From Clostridia bacterium (GTDB taxonomy: Bacteria > Bacillota > Clostridia > Christensenellales > UBA1242), in NCBI GenBank assembly GCA_016297915.1, contig JAEDFU010000004.1, positions 1,544-65,543 on the forward strand: DNA of 64,000 nucleotides, given 5' to 3'. Both the position numbers and the translations under genes were made by a program. The notes under the pieces are model-generated. The model did no database searches, had not been told where the DNA came from, and was given only the letters and a program-made list of their open reading frames with translations. This document shows positions 19,173 to 29,541 of this stretch, piece after piece. Position 1 is the first letter of the stretch. Every line of letters begins with the position of its first letter.

Positions 19173-20126
19173 TTATTCTTCGTCATTTCTTAGTGACAAA
19201 CCAAAACTTTGAAGTTTTGCAGCAACTTCTTCCAAAGAGCGTTTACCCAAGTTTTTAACCTTAGCCAAGTCACTTTCGGACTTTTTGGTAAGATCAGCAA
19301 CTGTATTGATTCCAGCTCTCTTGAGGCAGTTATAACTTCTTACAGACAAGTCAATATCTTCGATTGTCATTTCTAGTACTTTGGTTTGTTTATCTTCTTC
19401 ACGACTAACAAGAATATCCATTTGTGACATACTTTCAACCAAGTCAACAAATAGCCCAATATGGTCTTGAACAAGTTTGCCAGATAGAGAAATTACTTCT
19501 CTAGCAGACAAAGTCCCATTTGTCTCAACTTCGATTGTAAGTTTGTCATAATCAATACTTTGACCAACACGAGTGTTTCCAACAAAGTAGTTTACTTTTT
19601 TGACAGGAGTAAAGATAGAGTCAACGGCAATATAACCAATTGGCATATCTTCTCTCTTATTAGCATCAGCAGGAACATATCCTCTGCCACGACCAATATA
19701 AACTTCTAGTTCGAACTTAGCAGTATCGTCAAGAGTACAAATATGAAGATCAGGATTTAGAATTTCAACCAAATCGTTTGGTTCAAAATCTGCAGCAGTA
19801 ACTTCGCCAGCACCATATTTATTAATTCTTAAAATAGTTGTGAAATCTTTGGCAGTATCAAAACTTTTTACAGCCAAATTTTTGATATTAAGGACAATGT
19901 CAACAACATCCTCAGTAACACCTTTAATTGTAGAAAACTCGTGTTGAACACCATCAATCTTTATTCCAATTGGAGCAGCACCTGGAAGAGCAGACAAAAG
20001 CACTCTTCTAAGACAGTTTCCAAGTGTAATACCAAAACCCCTATCCAATGGTTCTACAACAAATCTTGCAAAACAGCCATTGTCAGTTTCTTCACAAGTA
20101 ATTCTTGGTTTTTCAATTTCCATCAT
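19173..20126 (-). CDS. rpoA: DNA-directed RNA polymerase subunit alpha
   Basis: RpoA NTD and CTD (SVRSYNCLKRAGINTVADL). Start moved to ATG 20126 (GAGGA 8 nt upstream); the ORF-track start is GTG 20141. Confidence 0.93.
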   Translation of the reverse strand: MMEIEKPRITCEETDNGCFARFVVEPLDRGFGITLGNCLRRVLLSALPGAAPIGIKIDGVQHEFSTIKGVTEDVVDIVLNIKNLAVKSFDTAKDFTTILRINKYGAGEVTAADFEPNDLVEILNPDLHICTLDDTAKFELEVYIGRGRGYVPADANKREDMPIGYIAVDSIFTPVKKVNYFVGNTRVGQSIDYDKLTIEVETNGTLSAREVISLSGKLVQDHIGLFVDLVESMSQMDILVSREEDKQTKVLEMTIEDIDLSVRSYNCLKRAGINTVADLTKKSESDLAKVKNLGKRSLEEVAAKLQSFGLSLRNDEE

Positions 20127-20154
20127 GTGATTTTTCCTCACTTATTTTTATTTA

Positions 20155-20778
20155 TTATTTAGAGTACAACTCTACAATCAAATGTTCACGGATGTTAAGA
20201 TCAATATCGTCTCTTTGTGGCATTGCGTTAATTTTTCCAGTAAGTTTTTCTGTGTTAAACTCCAACCATTTAGGCATAACAACTTTAACATCTTTCAATT
20301 CTTTAAACATAGGAAGTTCCTTTTTGTTCTCTTTGACAGCGATAACATCGTCAACTTTAACAAGGTAACTAGGGATGTTTACAGTCTTGCCATTAACAGT
20401 GATATGTCCGTGGTTAACAATTTGTCTACTCTCTTTTCTTGAAGCACCGATACCCATTCTGTATACAACATTATCAAGTCTTCTTTCCAAAAGTGATAGC
20501 ATATTTTCGCCGACAATACCAGTTCTTTGGTTATTAGCCATATCATAATATGCTCTAAATTGTTTTTCAAGCAAGCCATATGCTTTTTTAACTTTTTGTT
20601 TTTCTCTCAATTGTAGACTATATTCAGTAGCCTTCTTCCTTGCAGCGCCATGTACACCTGGTACATTAGGTCTTCTTTCCATAGCACATTTTTTAGAAGT
20701 ACATCTTTCGCCCTTAAGGAATAGTTTGCATCCCTCACGACGACAAATTCTACAATCTGCACCTGTATATTTTGCCAT
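20155..20778 (-). CDS. rpsD: 30S ribosomal protein S4
   Basis: MAKYTGADCRICRREG (zinc-finger form) plus S4 RNA-binding domain. Confidence 0.93.
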   Translation of the reverse strand: MAKYTGADCRICRREGCKLFLKGERCTSKKCAMERRPNVPGVHGAARKKATEYSLQLREKQKVKKAYGLLEKQFRAYYDMANNQRTGIVGENMLSLLERRLDNVVYRMGIGASRKESRQIVNHGHITVNGKTVNIPSYLVKVDDVIAVKENKKELPMFKELKDVKVVMPKWLEFNTEKLTGKINAMPQRDDIDLNIREHLIVELYSK

Positions 20779-20797
20779 TTAATATATTCTCCTTTAA

Positions 20798-21193
20798 TTA
20801 TATTCTTCTGCGTTTTGGTGGACGACAACCATTGTGTGGAATTGGTGATACATCCTTAATCATAGTGATATCAATGCCAACTGTTTGAAGTGCTCTGATA
20901 GCAGTCTCTCTACCATTGCCTGGTCCTTTAACATAAACTTCAACAGACTTGATACCTTGTTCTTTAGCACTTTTAGCAGCGATTTCAGCAGCTTGTTGAG
21001 CAGCATAAGGAGTGCTTTTTCTAGCGCCACTAAGACCCAAACTACCAGCACTACTCCAAGAAACAGCATTTCCAGCGTTGTCTGTAATTGTGATAATAGT
21101 GTTGTTAAAAGAAGCGTGAATATATGCAGCACCTTTATCTAAATTCTTAGTTACTTTTTTCTTTTTTGTAACTTTACTTTTTGTAACAGCCAT
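20798..21193 (-). CDS. rpsK: 30S ribosomal protein S11
   Basis: [29 protein letters not shown]. Confidence 0.93.
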   Translation of the reverse strand: MAVTKSKVTKKKKVTKNLDKGAAYIHASFNNTIITITDNAGNAVSWSSAGSLGLSGARKSTPYAAQQAAEIAAKSAKEQGIKSVEVYVKGPGNGRETAIRALQTVGIDITMIKDVSPIPHNGCRPPKRRRI

Positions 21194-21214
21194 TTATTTT
21201 CTCCTTAAAAATTT

Positions 21215-21595
21215 TTACTTAGCTTTCTCTTTTTTGGACTTAGAAACAGTTTTCTTAGGACCTTTTCTAGTTCTTGCATTTTGTTTTGTGTTTTGACCAC
21301 GAACTGGCAAACCTTTTCTGTGGCGAATTCCACGATAGCAACCAATCTCTTGTAGTCTTTTGATGTTTAATGAAACTTCTCTTTGAAGGTCACCTTCAAC
21401 AACGCAGTTCTTTTCGATATACGCTCTGATTTTACCTACTTCTTCTTCGGTCAAATCCTTAACACGAGTATCTGGATTAACTTTTGTTTCCTTCAAAATT
21501 TCATTAGCAGTTTGTCTACCAATGCCGTAGATATAAGTCAAACCTATCTCTACTCTCTTGTCATTTGGTAAATCAATTCCAGCAATACGAGCCAT
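21215..21595 (-). CDS. rpsM: 30S ribosomal protein S13
   Basis: [26 protein letters not shown]; GGAGGA SD upstream. Confidence 0.93.
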   Translation of the reverse strand: MARIAGIDLPNDKRVEIGLTYIYGIGRQTANEILKETKVNPDTRVKDLTEEEVGKIRAYIEKNCVVEGDLQREVSLNIKRLQEIGCYRGIRHRKGLPVRGQNTKQNARTRKGPKKTVSKSKKEKAK

Positions 21596-21669
21596 TTTTT
21601 TCCTCCATAAATTTATTTAATTTATTTGTTTAGATAATACTTGTAAAGTTGCTAAATTTATTAGCATAA

Positions 21670-21873
21670 GTAATGCTCAAACTTTGAGCATTACGGTCTC
21701 AAAAGAGATTTTGAGACGGTTATGTAAATAACATAACTTTAAGCCAAATCAAGTTGTCTGATTTGGTCTCCCGAAAAGGCATGGGCCTTATCGAAATATA
21801 TATAAACGCAAAGTAAGAATTTGCCGCGACTTACTTGCAATTATTTTCAAAGTCATTACTCAAAATCATGAGT
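21670..21873 (-). other. hairpin-dense structured region in the rpmJ-rpsM spacer (function unknown)
   Basis: Seven consecutive stem-loops: 21670-21694, 21696-21717, 21720-21736, 21744-21766, 21776-21789, 21808-21838, 21858-21873. No SD-preceded ORF and no U-tracts. Confidence 0.5.
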
Positions 21874-21907
21874 GTAAAATAGATTACATTAGACTTTTTA
21901 GACAGTA

Positions 21908-22024
21908 TTAACCTTGTCTTTGTTTGTGTTTAGGATATTTTGAACAAATAACCATAACTGTGCCATTTCTTTTGATAATTTTGCAACTGTCACACATTTT
22001 CTTTACTGATGGTCTTACTTTCAT
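21908..22024 (-). CDS. rpmJ: 50S ribosomal protein L36
   Basis: Not in the ORF track. Manual translation gives [38 protein letters not shown] (38 aa, zinc-binding form). Confidence 0.92.
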   Translation of the reverse strand: MKVRPSVKKMCDSCKIIKRNGTVMVICSKYPKHKQRQG

Positions 22025-22036
22025 AACTTTACTCTC

Positions 22037-22264
22037 CTAATTTTTGTTTTTTAGTCGCCAAATTATGCGACCTTTTGTTAAGTCGTAGAGTGACATTTCA
22101 ACTTTTACTTGGTCACCCACTAAAATTCTAATGTTGTTTAAATGAAGTTTTCCGGATAAATAAGCGGTAATTATATAACCATTAGAAAGCTGAACTTTGA
22201 AGTTAGCATTTCTCAAAACTTCGACTACAACACCTTCTGTTTCTACAACATCTGTTTTTGACAC
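22037..22264 (-). CDS. infA: translation initiation factor IF-1
   Basis: [25 protein letters not shown]...RIIWRLK. Start set to GTG 22264, 10 nt after AGGAGG. The ORF-track TTG 22288 would overlap the upstream gene. Confidence 0.9.
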   Translation of the reverse strand: MSKTDVVETEGVVVEVLRNANFKVQLSNGYIITAYLSGKLHLNNIRILVGDQVKVEMSLYDLTKGRIIWRLKNKN

Positions 22265-22278
22265 AAACAACAAGCCTC

Positions 22279-22539
22279 CTATTTGCAATCACTAGATTTA
22301 ATGTAATCTTTCAAATATTTTATGACATCACAATTTTTTATCAAATTTAGATTTAGTCCACTATTTGATTTTAACAATTGCAAATGTCTAAAATTCTTTT
22401 TCTTAGGACATTCCAAAGGTCTTGATTTGCCATTTACGAGATACGCAAAATTATTGTCTATCTTAAATATTACAAATATCTCGTTTTTTTCTCTTCCTGC
22501 TGTTGCTTTTACAACAGCTCCACTACAAAATTCTGCCAT
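22279..22539 (-). CDS. KOW-domain RNA-binding protein (map-infA spacer gene of Bacillota)
   Basis: [18 protein letters not shown]...[19 protein letters not shown] pattern plus conserved position between map and infA. Confidence 0.6.
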   Translation of the reverse strand: MAEFCSGAVVKATAGREKNEIFVIFKIDNNFAYLVNGKSRPLECPKKKNFRHLQLLKSNSGLNLNLIKNCDVIKYLKDYIKSSDCK

Positions 22540-22548
22540 AAATTCCTC

Positions 22549-23295
22549 TTATAATGTCAAAATTTCAACACCATTTTCGGTTAATAAAACTGTATTTTCG
22601 TAGTGAGCAGATGGCAATCCATCCTTGGTTTTGCAAGTCCAACCGTCTGACATAAATACAACATTTTTGTCACCCATATTAACCATTGGCTCTATGGCAA
22701 TAACAGCACCTGCATTTAGTCTAGGACCACTACCAGCTTTTCCATAATTTGGAACCATTGGATCTTCGTGAAGATGACTTCCTACGCCATGTCCAACAAG
22801 TTCCCTAACTATTGAATAGCCATTTTTTTCTACAAAAGTCTGTATTCTATGAGATATATCACCTACGAATGCACCACTTTTCAAATCTTTTATACCTTCA
22901 AAGAAGCTTTGTTCTGTAACTTTAATTAATCTTTTAACTTTTGCATCAATTTTTCCTACAGGAAAAGTTCTCGCAGCGTCGCCGTGATAACCTTTGTACT
23001 TAGCGCCACAGTCAATGCTTATGATGTCTCCTTCCTTAAGGATAATATTGTTACTTGGGATACCATGAACAATTGTATCGTTTACCGATGCACAAATGCT
23101 ACCTGGAAATCCGCAATAGTTCTTAAAGGAAGGCGTTGCACCTTGAGACTTGATGTAATCAAAAGCAATTTTGTCAAGCTCCTTGGTACTAATGCCAACC
23201 CTTATACTATCTTCCACAACTTTAAGTGTATCTCTAGTAATTCTTCCTGCTTCTCGCATAAGGTCGATTTCTTCTTGAGATTTAATCTTAATCAT
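22549..23295 (-). CDS. map: methionine aminopeptidase, type I
   Basis: Metal-ligand context DIISIDCGAKYKGYHGDAARTF, GHGVGSHLHE, IEPM. Confidence 0.93.
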   Translation of the reverse strand: MIKIKSQEEIDLMREAGRITRDTLKVVEDSIRVGISTKELDKIAFDYIKSQGATPSFKNYCGFPGSICASVNDTIVHGIPSNNIILKEGDIISIDCGAKYKGYHGDAARTFPVGKIDAKVKRLIKVTEQSFFEGIKDLKSGAFVGDISHRIQTFVEKNGYSIVRELVGHGVGSHLHEDPMVPNYGKAGSGPRLNAGAVIAIEPMVNMGDKNVVFMSDGWTCKTKDGLPSAHYENTVLLTENGVEILTL

Positions 23296-23917
23296 TGTTT
23301 ACCTGGTTTAGTATTGCTTTAACCAATGCATAGGTATCCTCAACAGTATCTGTTGCATCGATTTTGCTAAACACACCTTTTTCTTTGTAAAAATTAATAA
23401 CATCTTGTGATACAGCCTGTTTGCTTAGTCTAACTTTGATAACTTCAGGTTTATCATCGTCTCTAATATAAACATCTCCACCACACTTTTCGCACTTGCC
23501 TTCTTTCATCCACTCAAGAGATGTTGGTTGATTGCAACTGCCACACATTCTGCGACTAGATAATCTTTCGATTATTTTGTCCTCAGATAGATCAATCATA
23601 AGAGCCAAATCTATATCTGTAATGCCTTCCAAAAACTTAGCTTGTGCCAAATTTCTTGGATAGCCATCAAGAATAAATCCGTTCTTACAATCGTCAGACT
23701 TTAGTCTATCTTCAACTAACTTATTTGTTAGTTCTTCAGGAACAAGCTCGCCTTTGTCTATATAAGACTTAGCAATTTTGCCTAGTTCCGTTTCATTTTT
23801 TATGTTGTTTCTAAATATTTCTCCAGTTGAGATATGTGGAAGATTGTACTCACGACTAATAATTCCTGCTTGAGTACCCTTGCCACTTCCTACTGGCCCA
23901 AGTAATACTAGTTTCAT
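23288..23917 (-). CDS. adk: adenylate kinase (zinc-lid form)
   Basis: P-loop GPVGSGKGTQ; lid CGSC...CEKCGG. Confidence 0.93.
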   Translation of the reverse strand: MKLVLLGPVGSGKGTQAGIISREYNLPHISTGEIFRNNIKNETELGKIAKSYIDKGELVPEELTNKLVEDRLKSDDCKNGFILDGYPRNLAQAKFLEGITDIDLALMIDLSEDKIIERLSSRRMCGSCNQPTSLEWMKEGKCEKCGGDVYIRDDDKPEVIKVRLSKQAVSQDVINFYKEKGVFSKIDATDTVEDTYALVKAILNQVNND

Positions 23918-23936
23918 TAATTTTCCTCTTTCATTC

Positions 23937-25241
23937 TTATTTCAAAAAGCCTTTGTAACTCTTCATAAGCATTTGAGCTTCCAAAGATTTATCAAATTCG
24001 ATAGCAACCGAAACTACGATTAGAAGTCCAGTAGCACTAAATGCACTAACCAAAGATCCGCCAATTGATTTGAAAATCAAACTTGGGATAATTGCTATAA
24101 CAGACAAGAATAATGCACCAAATAGAGTTACTCTATTTGAAATTTTCTTTAGATAATCTGATGTAGGTTTTCCTGGTCTAATACCTGGAATAAATCCACC
24201 ATTTTGTTGAATATTTTTGGATACATCGTCTGGATTGAAAGTAACTTGTGTCCAGAAATATGCAAAGAATGTAATAAGCAAGCCAACAAGGATAATGTAA
24301 ACCCAACTACCAGCACCCAACCATTTGCTATACCATAGATAGAATTTGTTGGTTGAAGTATCAACAAAGATACTAAGGATTAGTTGTGGGAACGAAAGTA
24401 ATGACATTGCAAAGATAATTGGCATAACACCTGTTGCATTTACTCTAATTGGAATAAATGTGCTTTGACCGCCATACATCTTTCTACCCTTGATTTGTTT
24501 TGCGTATTGAACAGGAACTTTTCTCTCAGAACCATCAATCCATACAATAAATCCAAATATAAGGATTAATGCTAGGATGAATAGCAATAGTTCGGTCAAA
24601 CTTCCCATATCTCCTTTGAAGATGTTTGTGAAGTTTGTCAAAAGTGAAGTACCTGCAGTAGATAGAATACCTACAAAGATAAGAATTGATTGACCATTTG
24701 AAATACCTAGTTCTGTAATTTTTTCACCAAGCCAATAAGTAAACATAGAACCTGCAATTAGAACCAAAGTAACTACAATACCTACAAACCAAGTAGGAAG
24801 AGTTAATCCATCTCCAAGAGTTGATTCTTTTAGTACACCCTCAAAACTTATAACAATTGCAACTGCTTGAGCTATTGCCAAAACTAATGCAGCAATTTTG
24901 GTATAACCGGCGATTTTCTTTCTACCTTCGTCACCCATCTTGGATAATCTCTCAAGACTAGGAACAGCGATAGTAAGCAATTGAATAATAATAGATGCAC
25001 TGATGTAAGGAGCAATACCTAGAGCCAATAGCGAACCGTTGGCAAGCGCTCCACCACTCACTGAACTAAGCAGACCCAAGAAACCTTCGTCTCCAGAAAC
25101 CTGAGATGCAAATGCAGACGCATCAACACCCGGAACTGGAATCCAGCATCCTAGTCTGTAAATAAGAACCAAAAGAATGGTAAGTAATATCTTATTTCTA
25201 ATTTCTTTTACCTTAAAAGCATTGATAAAATTTTTAAACAT
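23937..25241 (-). CDS. secY: preprotein translocase subunit SecY
   Basis: 434 aa, 10-TM SecY sequence, position after rplO. Confidence 0.93.
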   Translation of the reverse strand: MFKNFINAFKVKEIRNKILLTILLVLIYRLGCWIPVPGVDASAFASQVSGDEGFLGLLSSVSGGALANGSLLALGIAPYISASIIIQLLTIAVPSLERLSKMGDEGRKKIAGYTKIAALVLAIAQAVAIVISFEGVLKESTLGDGLTLPTWFVGIVVTLVLIAGSMFTYWLGEKITELGISNGQSILIFVGILSTAGTSLLTNFTNIFKGDMGSLTELLLFILALILIFGFIVWIDGSERKVPVQYAKQIKGRKMYGGQSTFIPIRVNATGVMPIIFAMSLLSFPQLILSIFVDTSTNKFYLWYSKWLGAGSWVYIILVGLLITFFAYFWTQVTFNPDDVSKNIQQNGGFIPGIRPGKPTSDYLKKISNRVTLFGALFLSVIAIIPSLIFKSIGGSLVSAFSATGLLIVVSVAIEFDKSLEAQMLMKSYKGFLK

Positions 25242-25687
25242 TATAATACCTCGGCTTTTCCACCAACCTCATTGATCTTTTGCATTGCAGTTTCTGAAAA
25301 TTTGGCTGCTTTAACAGTAAGTTTCTTTTCCAACTTTCCATTACCTAATACTTTTAATCCATAAGGGGCAACTTTACTAATAATATTCTTTTCTTTTAGT
25401 AATTCAACTGTAACAACAGTATTATCTTCAAAGTTGTTCAAATCTTCAACATTGATAACATTGTAAACTTTGTCGAAGTTCTTGTTGTTGAAGCCTCTTC
25501 TTGGTAATTTTCTGATAAGTGGCATTTGACCGCCTTCGAATCCTGGACGAACGCCACCGCCACTACGAGAGTTTTGACCTTTTGTACCCTTACCACTAGT
25601 TTTGCCTAGTCCAGAGCCTAAACCTCTTCCTAATCTTTTTGCTTTTGGAGTAGAATTAGGAGCAGGTGCTAATTGATGTAATTTCAT
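25241..25687 (-). CDS. rplO: 50S ribosomal protein L15
   Basis: [38 protein letters not shown]. Confidence 0.93.
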   Translation of the reverse strand: MKLHQLAPAPNSTPKAKRLGRGLGSGLGKTSGKGTKGQNSRSGGGVRPGFEGGQMPLIRKLPRRGFNNKNFDKVYNVINVEDLNNFEDNTVVTVELLKEKNIISKVAPYGLKVLGNGKLEKKLTVKAAKFSETAMQKINEVGGKAEVL

Positions 25688-25697
25688 AGTCTCCCCC

Positions 25698-25928
25698 TTA
25701 GATTTCCTCTACACGAACAAGGTGTTTGATTTTGAAAATCATACCTCTAACAGCACTATTGTCTGGAAGTTCGTTAGATGAATTTAATTTGTTTAGTCCC
25801 AAAGCAACAGCAGTTTGTCTTTGGTCTTTTGAGTAACCGATAGGACTTTTTACAAGTGTTACTTTAAGTCTTTTTTCTTTTTTTGCAACTTTTGTAGGAG
25901 TTGCACTTGTCTTAGTTGTTTCTGCCAT
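25698..25928 (-). CDS. rpmD: 50S ribosomal protein L30 (N-terminal extension)
   Basis: [25 protein letters not shown] core, preceded by about 17 extra T/K-rich residues. Confidence 0.9.
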   Translation of the reverse strand: MAETTKTSATPTKVAKKEKRLKVTLVKSPIGYSKDQRQTAVALGLNKLNSSNELPDNSAVRGMIFKIKHLVRVEEI

Positions 25929-25938
25929 AATACACCTC

Positions 25939-26496
25939 TTACAAAATTTCCTCTACAGTTTTTCCACGAAGACTTGCGATTTCTTCTTTGCTTCTCAATT
26001 GCATAAGAGCATCCAAAGTAGCCTTTACGCAGTTGATTTTGCTACGAGAACCGTATGCTTTTGCTGTGATATCTTTGATACCGCATAGCTCAACAACTGG
26101 TCTAACTGAACCACCAGCGATAACACCAGTACCTTCTTTAGAAGGCAAAAGTTTTACTCTTGATGTTCCAAATTTACCGATAACTTCGTGAGGTATAGTA
26201 GTTCCCTCAAGAGGAATACTAACCATATGTTTTTTTGCACTCATTGTTGCTTTGTCAATAGCATTAGGAACTTCGGCAGCCTTACCAGTACCGATTCCTA
26301 CCTTGCCAGCTTTGTCACCAGCAACAACAAGAGCTGCAAATCTCATATTTCTACCGCCCTTAACAACCTTAGTAATACGATTTACATCTACAAGTTTGCT
26401 AGCAATTGGGTCGATTTCTTTATTAAAAGATTTTTTATCGTTGTGATTTCTATTGCCACCCTTTTTCTCAAATGGCTTTTTTTCAGTATTTTGCAT
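25939..26496 (-). CDS. rpsE: 30S ribosomal protein S5 (N-terminal extension)
   Basis: [24 protein letters not shown] core, with about 20 extra basic N-terminal residues. Confidence 0.93.
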   Translation of the reverse strand: MQNTEKKPFEKKGGNRNHNDKKSFNKEIDPIASKLVDVNRITKVVKGGRNMRFAALVVAGDKAGKVGIGTGKAAEVPNAIDKATMSAKKHMVSIPLEGTTIPHEVIGKFGTSRVKLLPSKEGTGVIAGGSVRPVVELCGIKDITAKAYGSRSKINCVKATLDALMQLRSKEEIASLRGKTVEEIL

Positions 26497-26507
26497 ATAA
26501 ACACCTC

Positions 26508-26876
26508 TTAAAACTCAAGACCAGCATCTCTAGCACCATCAGCCACTGCTTTTACTCTGCCAGTATATTGATATCCAGCTCTGTCAAATACGACTTGCTT
26601 GATACCTTTTTTCATAGCATTTTTAGCAACAGCCTGTCCTACAATGAATGCGGCTTCTTGTTTAGTTTTTCCTTCAATTGATTTAACAATGGCTTTGTCC
26701 ATTGTAGATGATTGAGCAAGAGTAATACCCTTAGTATCGTCAATTACTTGAGCGTAGATATTATTCAAACTTCTGAATACATTAAGTCTTGGTCTTTCAG
26801 TAGTGCCTGAAATTTTTTCTCTAACGCGTTCTGCACGCATTTTTCTATTTTCATTTTTATTAATCTTCTTAATCAT
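26508..26876 (-). CDS. rplR: 50S ribosomal protein L18
   Basis: [41 protein letters not shown]. Confidence 0.93.
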   Translation of the reverse strand: MIKKINKNENRKMRAERVREKISGTTERPRLNVFRSLNNIYAQVIDDTKGITLAQSSTMDKAIVKSIEGKTKQEAAFIVGQAVAKNAMKKGIKQVVFDRAGYQYTGRVKAVADGARDAGLEF

Positions 26877-26886
26877 AACCTAACCT

Positions 26887-27423
26887 CTACTTCTTACCAC
26901 TCTTAACTTCTTTGCGAACAACAGTTTCGTCTGTGTAACTGATTCCATAAGCATGGTATGGTTCTACTGGTTTAATATTTCTAACTTTTGCAGCAAATTG
27001 ACCAACTAACTCTTTGTCAATACCTTTAACAGTGATAGTTGTTTTGTCGCAAGAAAGTTCAATACCTGGGATAGCCTTAAGAACTACTGGATGTGATAAA
27101 CCAATATTCAATACTAAATCTTGTCCTTGTTGATTGATTTTGAAACCAACTCCGTTAACATTTAGAGATTTTTCAAAGCCTTTTGAAACACCTTCAACCA
27201 TGTTAGCGATTAATTGTCTATAAAGACCATGGAAAGCGTTGTATTGAGGTTCAGTATTGTTATTGATAACATTTACATGACCATTTTCAACTTTTACTTC
27301 GATTTTAGGATTGATTTCTCTTGAAAGAGTACCCTTAGGTCCAGTAACAGTAACGAGTTTGCCAGCAACTGTAACATTTACGCCTTGTGGCAATACGATT
27401 GTCTTTTTACCAATTCTACTCAT
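26887..27423 (-). CDS. rplF: 50S ribosomal protein L6
   Basis: MSRIGKKTIVLPQGV; operon position. Confidence 0.93.
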   Translation of the reverse strand: MSRIGKKTIVLPQGVNVTVAGKLVTVTGPKGTLSREINPKIEVKVENGHVNVINNNTEPQYNAFHGLYRQLIANMVEGVSKGFEKSLNVNGVGFKINQQGQDLVLNIGLSHPVVLKAIPGIELSCDKTTITVKGIDKELVGQFAAKVRNIKPVEPYHAYGISYTDETVVRKEVKSGKK

Positions 27424-27435
27424 AACTTTTACCTC

Positions 27436-27819
27436 CTACCATACATAAGCAAGCACTTCACCGCCAACACCTAGTTTTCGTGCTTCCCTATCAGTAATTA
27501 TTCCTTTGTTGGTAGAAACGATTGCAATACCCAAGCCATTGATAACCTTAGGTAAATCTTCTACGCTTGCATAAATTCTAAGACCTGGTTTAGAGATTCT
27601 TCTAAGACCTTGGATAACCTTGTTGTCTTTGAATTCAATAATCATATTAGCCTTGATGCCTTCGCCTTCAACTTTGTAAGAAGCGATATAACCCTCTTTT
27701 AGTAGAAGTTCAGCAATGGCTAGTTTAGTTTTTGATACAGGAATGGAAACAGTTGTATGTTTAGCGTTCAACGCATTTCTCATTCTTGTAAGCATATCTG
27801 CGATTGGATCTATTGTCAT
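27436..27819 (-). CDS. rpsH: 30S ribosomal protein S8
   Basis: [22 protein letters not shown]. Confidence 0.93.
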   Translation of the reverse strand: MTIDPIADMLTRMRNALNAKHTTVSIPVSKTKLAIAELLLKEGYIASYKVEGEGIKANMIIEFKDNKVIQGLRRISKPGLRIYASVEDLPKVINGLGIAIVSTNKGIITDREARKLGVGGEVLAYVW

Positions 27820-27835
27820 AATTTGTTTCCTCCTT

Positions 27836-28021
27836 TTACCAACTTGACTTCTTTACACCAGGGATTTCACCTTTGTAAGCAAGTTCCCTAAAACATATTC
27901 TGCAAATACCATACTTTCTTAGTACAGAATGTGGACGACCACAAATTTTGCAACGAGTATATTCGCGTGTAGAAAATTTTTGTACTTTTTGTTGTTTATT
28001 TAATAATGCTTTTCTTGCCAT
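27836..28021 (-). CDS. rpsZ: 30S ribosomal protein S14, type Z (zinc-binding)
   Basis: 61 aa; [23 protein letters not shown]. Confidence 0.93.
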   Translation of the reverse strand: MARKALLNKQQKVQKFSTREYTRCKICGRPHSVLRKYGICRICFRELAYKGEIPGVKKSSW

Positions 28022-28040
28022 ATTTTTCTTCCTTTACCTC

Positions 28041-28592
28041 CTACTTTTTGAAAGGCATACCTAGTTTAGAAAGAACTAGTTTTGCATCCTCATCAGATTT
28101 AGCAGAAGTAACAATAACAATGTCTAAGCCACGAACTTTGTCAATCTTTTCGTAACTAATTTCTGGGAATACCAATTGCTCAGTAAGACCCATAGAATAG
28201 TTACCCTTTCCGTCAAAAGATTTTTTGGAAACGCCTTGGAAGTCTCTAAGTCTAGGAAGTGCAATTGAGATAAGCTTGTCTAGGAACTCATACATATGCT
28301 CTCCTCTAAGAGTAACCTTAGCACCAACTTTCATACCTTGTCTAACCTTGAAGTTAGCGATGGATTTTTTAGCCAAAGTTGTAACTGGTTTTTGACCAGT
28401 GATAGTAGCCAACTCGTCAACAGCTTTGTTGAAAGCTTGAGAGTTATCCTTAACATCACCAAGTCCACGGCTAACGATAATCTTTTCAATCTTTGGAACT
28501 TGATTGATATTCTTGTAGCCTTGTTCTTTCATCATAGCAGGAACTACGACTTCGTTGTACATTTTGTGTAATCTATTCAATTCTTTTGCCAT
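28041..28592 (-). CDS. rplE: 50S ribosomal protein L5
   Basis: L5 family sequence ([18 protein letters not shown]..., GMPF); operon position. Confidence 0.93.
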   Translation of the reverse strand: MAKELNRLHKMYNEVVVPAMMKEQGYKNINQVPKIEKIIVSRGLGDVKDNSQAFNKAVDELATITGQKPVTTLAKKSIANFKVRQGMKVGAKVTLRGEHMYEFLDKLISIALPRLRDFQGVSKKSFDGKGNYSMGLTEQLVFPEISYEKIDKVRGLDIVIVTSAKSDEDAKLVLSKLGMPFKK

Positions 28593-28601
28593 AATTCCTC
28601 C

Positions 28602-29150
28602 TTACTTACTCTCTACTTTTTTGGTAGTAGTAGATTTTTTTGTTGTTGTTTTCTTTTCTTCAGTTTTTGTAGCTGTCTTGGTTGTTTTTGCTTTTGTTTC
28701 AGTTTTCTTTTCAGCTACAGGAGCCTTCTTGGCAGTTTCTTTTTTTGCTTCAACTGCTTTTGGGGCTGATTTTGTTTCTTCTACCTTTTTGGTAGCAGTC
28801 TTTGTTGTTTTAGTTTCTTTGGTTGCTTTTTTGGTAGTATCTAGGCTAGCACCACATTTTTTGCAAGTACGAGTCTTTTTGCCGTCAGCCATGTTGTGAG
28901 CAACTCTAGTAGCTTTACCACAAGAAGGACAAACGATTTGAACATTACTAGCGTCAATTTTGTTTTCCTTTTTGATAATGCCACCCTTATCTTGAGCACT
29001 TCTTGGTTTTTTGTGTTTAGATATAATGTTTACACCTGCTACTACAACGGAGTTGTCTGCAGGCATTGCAACTAACACTTTGCCAGTTTTGCCTTTATCT
29101 TTTCCAGCGATAACTACAACTGTATCACCTTTTTTAACATTTAATGCCAT
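28602..29150 (-). CDS. rplX: 50S ribosomal protein L24 with C4 zinc ribbon and about 75-aa K/T/E/A-rich C-terminal tail
   Basis: KOW core VKKGDTVVVIAGKDKGKTGKV; CPSC...CKKC; low-complexity tail TKKATKETKTTKTATKK.... Confidence 0.9.
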   Translation of the reverse strand: MALNVKKGDTVVVIAGKDKGKTGKVLVAMPADNSVVVAGVNIISKHKKPRSAQDKGGIIKKENKIDASNVQIVCPSCGKATRVAHNMADGKKTRTCKKCGASLDTTKKATKETKTTKTATKKVEETKSAPKAVEAKKETAKKAPVAEKKTETKAKTTKTATKTEEKKTTTKKSTTTKKVESK

Positions 29151-29161
29151 AATTAATCTCC

Positions 29162-29530
29162 TTATAATACTTCAGGTGCAAGCGAAATAATTTTCATGAA
29201 ACCTTTGTCTCTAAGTTCTCTTGCAATTGGTCCAAAGATACGAGTACCTTTAGGTAATTTTTGGTTATCGATTATAACAGCAGCGTTGTCATCAAATTTG
29301 ATATAAGAACCGTCAGGTCTTGAAACACCCTTAGAAGTTCTAACGATAACTGCTTTTACAACATCACCTTTTTTAACTGTACCACCAGGAGTAGCAGTTT
29401 TAACAGATGCTACGATAATGTCCCCGATGTTACCACTTCTACGAAATGAGCCACCCAAGATTCTAATACACATAATTCTCTTAGCGCCACTATTGTCGGC
29501 AACTTTTAATATTGTTTGAGGTTGTACCAT
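29162..29530 (-). CDS. rplN: 50S ribosomal protein L14
   Basis: [20 protein letters not shown]. Confidence 0.93.
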   Translation of the reverse strand: MVQPQTILKVADNSGAKRIMCIRILGGSFRRSGNIGDIIVASVKTATPGGTVKKGDVVKAVIVRTSKGVSRPDGSYIKFDDNAAVIIDNQKLPKGTRIFGPIARELRDKGFMKIISLAPEVL

Positions 29531-29541
29531 ATTTTATCTCC

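Noticed and set aside
28555-28899. 114-aa hydrophobic ORF on the plus strand, and the repeated CTTTTTTGGTAG-like DNA motif
   Set aside because: It is antisense to the K/T-rich L24 tail. Both the ORF and the repeats are by-products of coding low complexity, not a separate gene or tandem-repeat element.
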